Assembly: GCA_963710605.1 (NCBI GenBank)
Contig: CAVQBA010000005.1
Span: forward strand, 160,001 to 224,000
Reading direction: 5' to 3'
Length of the DNA stretch: 64,000 nt
Source of the DNA: an uncultured cyanobacterium
GTDB lineage: Bacteria; Cyanobacteriota; Cyanobacteriia; Cyanobacteriales; Cyanobacteriaceae
The translations under genes and the position numbers were made by a program. Shown here one piece after another: positions 58,570-64,000 of this stretch. Within the stretch, counting starts at the first letter, position 1, and every line of letters begins with the position of its first letter. The notes below the pieces were generated by a model, which saw only the letters and a program-made list of their open reading frames with translations, ran no database searches and had not been told where the DNA came from.

Positions 58570-59640
58570 TTATTTGGTATCTTCAACCAACTGTTTGAGT
58601 TTTTCAAACATATTTTGATATAACCAAATTGCTAAATGTGACAATCCTAGTTTCACGGCAATCGTAGTCGGTAAGATACCAGTCCAATAAGCCTTTAACC
58701 AAATACGTTCGGTATCGATTCTATCATTAATCTTTTTAACGATGTTCGGAGCAGTGTTATAGTATTCTTTAATCAGTTCTTTTCCTGTGGGTGTAATGGA
58801 TAAGTGTGTATCTCGAAATAAACGTAAAGTTTGTAATTCCCAACAATCATCAGGAAGACCTATTACAGAACAAGTTGCTGTGGTTAAAAAGCAACGAGTC
58901 TCTGCTTTACATTTACCAGTTGTCAAATCTTTGATTAGATTATTGGTAATACCATCAATTTTTTTGTTGATTGTTCCAAGAACACTATGAAGATTTTGTA
59001 TATCAAAATGTGCTTCTAATAATGGAGAGCCAGATATTTCACTAGCAACTAATTTAATTTTTTTGTCATTACTAGATAGTGCTTTGATAAGAGTTGGATT
59101 TTTATTAGTACTATCTCTGTGATAAATGTCATAAGTAAAATACTTACCACCCCCTTTTGCTGCAGATAAATCTATTTTTTCATTTTCATACAATAAATTT
59201 GAAGTTTTTAAATCATAGAGTTTCAAATTAATAAATTCAACAGAGTTCTTATTTTTAATTAATTCTGCTATTTCAAAATTGATACTCCAAGTTTCTACCT
59301 CAGTGTAAGAAATTTTTATTGAACAAGTAAAAGGTATATTGAGTACTTTGCTAGAAGTAATTTGTTTTTGCCGAAAAGTTTCTTTAGACGGACCAAAGTG
59401 AACAGAACCGTTATACCCGACTAATTCAGGTATTCCTGCTTCATCACGTTCGTTTGCTAGAGTAAATCTGTTCTTAGCAAGAATTTCTCCCGATTGCGAT
59501 CGAATAGTTAAAACATTACTACAACGAGGTTTTTTATTTTGAGCTATTGCGGGTTTTATTTGCGTCAAACCCAATCCAGTAATTAAAGCAATAGAGCGTT
59601 TTCCTGTTGATTTTAAAAAGTTTCTTCTGTCTGTTTTCAT
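58570..59640 (-). CDS. Tat-exported protein with C-terminal CFI-box-CTERM-like domain
   Basis: DRRNFLK twin-arginine signal; CFLTTATC...DDCWELQTLRLFRD...LIKEYY..AP. Confidence 0.8.
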   Translation of the reverse strand: MKTDRRNFLKSTGKRSIALITGLGLTQIKPAIAQNKKPRCSNVLTIRSQSGEILAKNRFTLANERDEAGIPELVGYNGSVHFGPSKETFRQKQITSSKVLNIPFTCSIKISYTEVETWSINFEIAELIKNKNSVEFINLKLYDLKTSNLLYENEKIDLSAAKGGGKYFTYDIYHRDSTNKNPTLIKALSSNDKKIKLVASEISGSPLLEAHFDIQNLHSVLGTINKKIDGITNNLIKDLTTGKCKAETRCFLTTATCSVIGLPDDCWELQTLRLFRDTHLSITPTGKELIKEYYNTAPNIVKKINDRIDTERIWLKAYWTGILPTTIAVKLGLSHLAIWLYQNMFEKLKQLVEDTK

Positions 59641-59744
59641 TGTTAATCTTTTTTATTATTTATGGTAAAAAAGGACAAATATCAGAACCTTATAAACTCA
59701 TAGTTTTAAAAGTCGAATTTGTCCTAGTTAAATTGGTAGTTGTT

Positions 59745-60128
59745 TTATTCGGAAATCGAACAACTTCGAAGTACATTTGTGGTGACTAGAACTTTTTTTG
59801 CATTTGTATCCCACTGCAAAGAGGGTAGAATTCCCTGACCGCCAACGGCTTCAGTCTTGCTATAAATTTCCTCTAAAGCTAATAAATCTAATGTCAGAGA
59901 GGAAACTAAGTTCGGTTCTTGAATTTGTTCTTGAGCAGACAATATAATAATGTCTTCTGCGTCGAGTGTATCTTGGTAATTTAATTTATCTAATGTCAAT
60001 TTAGTTGAACCAATGACAAATTTATTATTACTATTCGTTGCAATACAATCATTATTAGCAGATGCTTCAACTAAGCTGGTTTGGAACAAAGCAATTATTG
60101 TGAAAGCAAGGATGTTAATTATTTTCAT
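59745..60128 (-). CDS. Hypothetical secreted protein
   Basis: Sec-type signal peptide; two Cys; GGAG upstream. Confidence 0.65.
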   Translation of the reverse strand: MKIINILAFTIIALFQTSLVEASANNDCIATNSNNKFVIGSTKLTLDKLNYQDTLDAEDIIILSAQEQIQEPNLVSSLTLDLLALEEIYSKTEAVGGQGILPSLQWDTNAKKVLVTTNVLRSCSISE

Positions 60129-60292
60129 GGCTTTTAATTCTCCGTTAATATATTTTCTCGTTAAGTAGTTAATCTAATGTGGTGAATAAAGAAATCGATC
60201 GAAAAAGGCGATTGATAATCAATATTGTTGTAAGGGTTTGTGCCTCTGATTTTTATTATGATGATCAAACTAAATAATCTTATGTTGTTTGA

Positions 60293-60305
60293 TGCGAACA
60301 ACAAA
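60293..60305 (-). promoter_or_regulatory. Shared upstream motif copy H (TTTGTTGTTCGCA)
   Basis: 165 bp upstream of ATG 60128. Confidence 0.55.
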
Positions 60306-60484
60306 CATATAGTTAAAGAAGGAATCATAATAGACTTGTTGCGAAATAAATAAAAATATCCAACTCTTTATTCATCTTGCCTTTATTAAATTTCTTCTTC
60401 TTTATGCTGCCTCTAGATAAAAGTTCCATAAACCTGAGGCAGTTAAAATTAGCTTATCGTCAAATTTAAACACACGATTCTTAT

Positions 60485-60770
60485 AGAACCTATTTGAGAT
60501 CTATTAACAATTAGCTAATAGCTAATCTTTTAAGCATTAATCGTAGAAAACATAAATTAATTTTAGTTGTGGCGTTAGCCAAGGTTCATTCAAAGTTTTT
60601 GACCAAGATGAATACATCTCTCCATCCAAGAATTTGTTCTTTCAATGACCAATCTAGCTTTGATAGGAACAAAACCCGATTTCCCTTGAGTTTCTTTTTT
60701 CGCTTTAGATGGTTTGTTAGCCAGTTGAAATCTTATTTTCCTCATGATACTGGGATAAACTTCTTCTAAT
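60485..60770 (-). mobile_element. IS5-family transposase 3' fragment (left boundary approximate)
   Basis: GFVPIKARLVIERTNSWMERC; interrupted upstream by the IS1634-like element. Confidence 0.7.
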
Positions 60771-61856
60771 CCCTTATTCCGCATGTTAAAAATAAACTAC
60801 AAAAACATTACCTGATATATTCTCTTTATCAAGATATTTTCCGAGAATATTTAACTTTTTTTCCATTCACTAATTTCAATTTACTCATTTTTCTTTCTTT
60901 TTTCCACCGCAAAGCCTCCCTCTTTTTTTGAGGTCTATTTATTTATTTTTCTCTCCATTTTCTACTCTAAATATAATAATATTTTTGGCAATTTTCACCA
61001 AAATAATTCACTGTTTTTTTCCTTTCTTTATTTATGTTTATTTGCTCTTACTTTTCTACTTTTATTAAATGTATTCCTTGAAATAATTGAAATATCCATT
61101 TTAATGTTGGTTTCTGGGATTGTTTTGATAGTTTAAGATTAGTTGAGAAAAGCTACTCTTTTCTGACTCACTTCCCGAACCTACTCTCATAAACAATGGG
61201 ATATCTCCATCATTTGTTGTCATTATATTGAGCAAAAATTGATTGAGATTCTGGTCTTTTGTCCCGTGAGTATCCCTTGTTTATTTTAATTATATTCTCT
61301 TGACAATATTTTGATTCTTCTCCATAATTATATTCTCCTTGAACCGATATAGATGTCCCATCCAAATGACTAAATTCTGTATCTAATTTAAATACGTTGA
61401 TGGTGTTTATGCCGATTTTTGTCCATAATGATTCCACAGATATATCATAGAGTTTATCCATTACTCTCCCTATTTTATCGTCATTAATTAATTCTGCTTT
61501 AATCCCAGAACCTAATAACTTATCTACTGGTTTGTCTTGAAAATATTGTGGAAATAAATATAATGGTTTGGATAAAAATCCTAAGCCATTAAGAATGATT
61601 GCCTTGACAATTAAACCTTGCAGAAATTTTTTCTCGCAAATCTTGAGGTATCATAGAATCGACGAGAGCGTTCAATTTGTAAATCATCGATAATACCTGC
61701 AACTAATCCTAAATGGTCTAAGTTTTGAACTTGTATTTGTTGAGTCATGACAACCCTCGTATCTATATTTATTCAATTATCCTCTTTTTTTCTGTCGATT
61801 TATCTAAGTATATTTATTTAGATGTTTCTCTTTCAAATTAAACTGCGGAATGTGGG
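60771..61856 (-). mobile_element. IS1634-family element, internally deleted and frameshifted
   Basis: MTQQIQVQNLDHLGLVAGIIDD, HLDGTSISVQGEY, GYSRDKRP; imperfect TIRs CCCTTATTCCGCA (60771) / TGCGGAATGTGGG (61844-61856). Confidence 0.8.
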
Positions 61857-62040
61857 CTATAACACTGCTCCAAACATCGTTAAAAAGATAAATGATAGAA
61901 TCGATGCCGAACGTATTTGGTTAAAGGCTTATTGAACTGGTATCTTACCTACTACGATCGCAATCAAACTAGGTTTCTCACATTTAGCAGTCTGGTTATA
62001 TCAAGAAATGTTTGAAAAACTCAAACAGTTGGTCGAATAG
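61857..62040 (+). pseudogene. 3' fragment of a second CFI-box-CTERM gene
   Basis: Near-identical inverted copy of ~58578-58762, with a TGG>TGA stop. Confidence 0.85.
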
Positions 62041-62097
62041 ACTAAACAAGAAGGGTTTAATAGAGCGTTCGGGGTGCATTTCGAGTGCACCCTTTTT

Positions 62098-62400
62098 TAT
62101 TTATCTTCATCTAATAACTCCAAATCAACTTCCCAAGCAGTATCAACTAAGCACCAATCGCTAAAGCGTGAATCTAGATCGAGTAATATTAAATAACACC
62201 ACATCCAACATTGATTGGCTAGGCTATAACCATAAAATCTCCCTATGACAATATTCCAATCAGTTAACTGCTCTCGATCGAATAATCGTCATCGTATAAC
62301 TTGCCCCATTGCATACATTAGTTTTTTGGTATCGAGAAAAAAGGAAGTATTATCGCTAGGAAGAGGTAAATTTTGATTAGCAGATAAAAGATTAGATATA
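62098..62400 (-). pseudogene. Second copy of the Trp-rich small gene, with an in-frame stop
   Basis: GQVIR*RLFDREQLTDWNIVIGRFYGY..CWMWCYLILLDLDS..DTAWEVDLELL. Confidence 0.55.
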
Positions 62401-62594
62401 GTTTTTACTTCCTCTTTCTTTTTCGATCGTCAGAAAATAAGTGATAGCTGTATAGTCTGCTAAATGTTGTAACCGAACTTCATCCAGATTAATTTTTAGT
62501 TTTTGGAATAATTGTCTGGCTTTCTGGCAAAGTAATCAATAATCATTTTGTTTCTATTTTAACCCAGTAATTATAAGGAGTTAAAATAGCTTGA

Positions 62595-62608
62595 TTTTGT
62601 TGTTCGCA
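62595..62608 (+). promoter_or_regulatory. Shared upstream motif copy I (TTTTGTTGTTCGCA)
   Basis: 80 bp upstream of ATG 62688. Confidence 0.6.
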
Positions 62609-62687
62609 CCATAATCGAACAAGACGATATATTACTAACGTATCTTAGTTATTATCACCGCAGTTAAAAAGGAGAAAGTTAGTACAA

Positions 62688-63083
62688 ATGAAAAAGATAT
62701 CAACTAATGGTAAAGGTTTTTTAGTTTCCTTAATTACATTATCAATGTTTTTGTTGAATGATTCTGTTGCCAGTGCCTTTCTTTTCGTCAATTGGAGTAA
62801 ATTTGAAGTAAAAGATGTTCATCCATGGGGATTTACTAATATTGTTGTTTTAGAAGACGAAGATAAACAAGAAAAATGGTATTTCATCCCAAAACATAAT
62901 GCTTTAGAAAGCTGTGACATTAATGAAGGAGATACAATTAAAGCGAGAGTATCAGAAGACAGCAAACAGTATAACGAGTATTTAGAAAGTATCAGAAATA
63001 AACCTTTGACGAAACAATTGACTAAATTTGTCGCAAATCGTTCTATTATTCGTCTTCAAGGCTGTTACAATTATGAACCTTAA
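62688..63083 (+). CDS. Hypothetical secreted protein
   Basis: AGGAG RBS, signal peptide ending ASA, two Cys. Confidence 0.7.
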   Translation: MKKISTNGKGFLVSLITLSMFLLNDSVASAFLFVNWSKFEVKDVHPWGFTNIVVLEDEDKQEKWYFIPKHNALESCDINEGDTIKARVSEDSKQYNEYLESIRNKPLTKQLTKFVANRSIIRLQGCYNYEP

Positions 63084-63206
63084 TAAAAATTAGATTCGTA
63101 GTTTTGAAACGGCAACTATAATTTAAGTCTCGCTATCGTACCATACAGTATGATTAACAGTGAGGCTTAAATTTTTATTTATTTGGTCTTCTATCATCTG
63201 AATATA

Positions 63207-63606
63207 TCAAGCTGTTTTTGACTGTTGTTTTAATTTGATGATTAAGTTTTGATAATGTTCTAGGGCGATACTACGAATTAAATGATGTAACCCCAAAACA
63301 CGTTGATTATTGTGATTGACCGATTCGTCAACCAAGAAGCGGTAAAATAGAGTCTGTAATGCCATTTCTTGTCTTTCTTCACTACACAATCGATTTTCTA
63401 TTCGTTTAATCAAGACTGCTAATTGCATAAACCATCCTTGATTTTGTACTGGAATTCGATAAACTCGTTGCCGCACAAATTAAATAGTAAGCATCGGGAG
63501 ATTGAGACTTTAAACGATCGAATACTGCTTTTAATCGTTGTCTATTCACTTCCAAACGAACTTTTCTCGTTAGTTTATGTAATTTCCAGTTATCATCACT
63601 ACCCAT
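63207..63606 (-). CDS. Hypothetical protein, apparently split across two overlapping frames
   Basis: Two overlapping same-strand ORFs (63406-63606, 63207-63476); no family recognised. Confidence 0.35.
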
Positions 63607-63805
63607 AACTTGAAGTGCATTATGTTCGGCTTCGGTAAGAGTTTTTTCTACAGTATTATATGAGTTATTTTTGATTGAATTAATCGATCGTTTTCATACT
63701 ATTAGTTTCGGAAAGAGACAACCATAGGGATATCTTTTTATTCAACGTCTTATTATATCGTTATCAAAAAACTAAACAAATATTTGTATTAATCAAGAAA
63801 AACTA

Positions 63806-64000
63806 TTAAGTTTTAACAATAATTAGTCTTTCTACCCGATCGAAGTCTTCACTTTTCAATCCTGCTAATTTCATAACTTTCCATACTTTGATATCTTGCC
63901 CTTGTTTATTTAGTCGATCGATCGCCCATCTTATCCTTCTTTCCTGAAACATTTCCACCGATTCAACAACCTTTTTCAAATAGGCTTTAGTTAAAGGTAA
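63806..64000 (-). CDS. tnsD: 3' end of a TnsD-family Tn7-like transposition protein (gene enters from the right edge; not in ORF track)
   Basis: Manual translation LPLTKAYLKKVVESVEMFQERRIRWAIDRLNKQGQDIKVWKVMKLAGL..., matching the TnsD C-terminal pattern (LPxT..ES..FQxRRIxWA..W..AGL). Confidence 0.72.
   Translation of the reverse strand, partial: LPLTKAYLKKVVESVEMFQERRIRWAIDRLNKQGQDIKVWKVMKLAGLKSEDFDRVERLIIVKT

Overview
AT-rich cyanobacterial chromosome segment, judged from abundant CGATCG/GCGATCGC HIP1-type sites, an HpsJ-like gene and the CRISPR repeat/leader style. Bases 1-24.4 kb are an exopolysaccharide locus: ABC exporter fragment, Wzc, MraY/WecA-like transferase, epimerase, several GT4 and GT2 genes, CapD, GNATs, radical SAM, sulfotransferase and WbsX-like genes. 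It includes a visible triplication of a two-gene GT2 unit. Next come mltA and tRNA-Leu(GAG). The DNA after the tRNA is mostly accessory: an HsdR remnant, a PhoD-like gene, a DUF433/DUF5615 toxin-antitoxin pair, a TnsD remnant and an ABC exporter. From a Tn7-like end at 33072 to a TnsD-like 3' end at the right edge, the window looks like the cargo of a Tn7-like transposon. That cargo holds a cyanobacterial type III-B variant CRISPR system (cas10-cmr3-cmr4-cmr5-cmr6/cmr1, 20-repeat array, no cas1/2/6 in the window), a DHH phosphoesterase, a CARF-HEPN effector, a WYL protein, a VapE-like ATPase, membrane/secreted orphans, and IS/MITE debris. The most striking unannotated signal is a motif, roughly TTT-W-GTTGTTCGCA, found nine times in intergenic DNA of the putative element. 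Eight copies point at a downstream gene (including cas10 and the CARF effector) and one at a candidate small RNA, suggesting one regulon, possibly controlled by the WYL protein. The Cas10 lacks an evident HD motif and Cmr4 lacks the canonical catalytic Asp, hinting at a signalling-only type III system. Several single-base frameshifts may be assembly errors.
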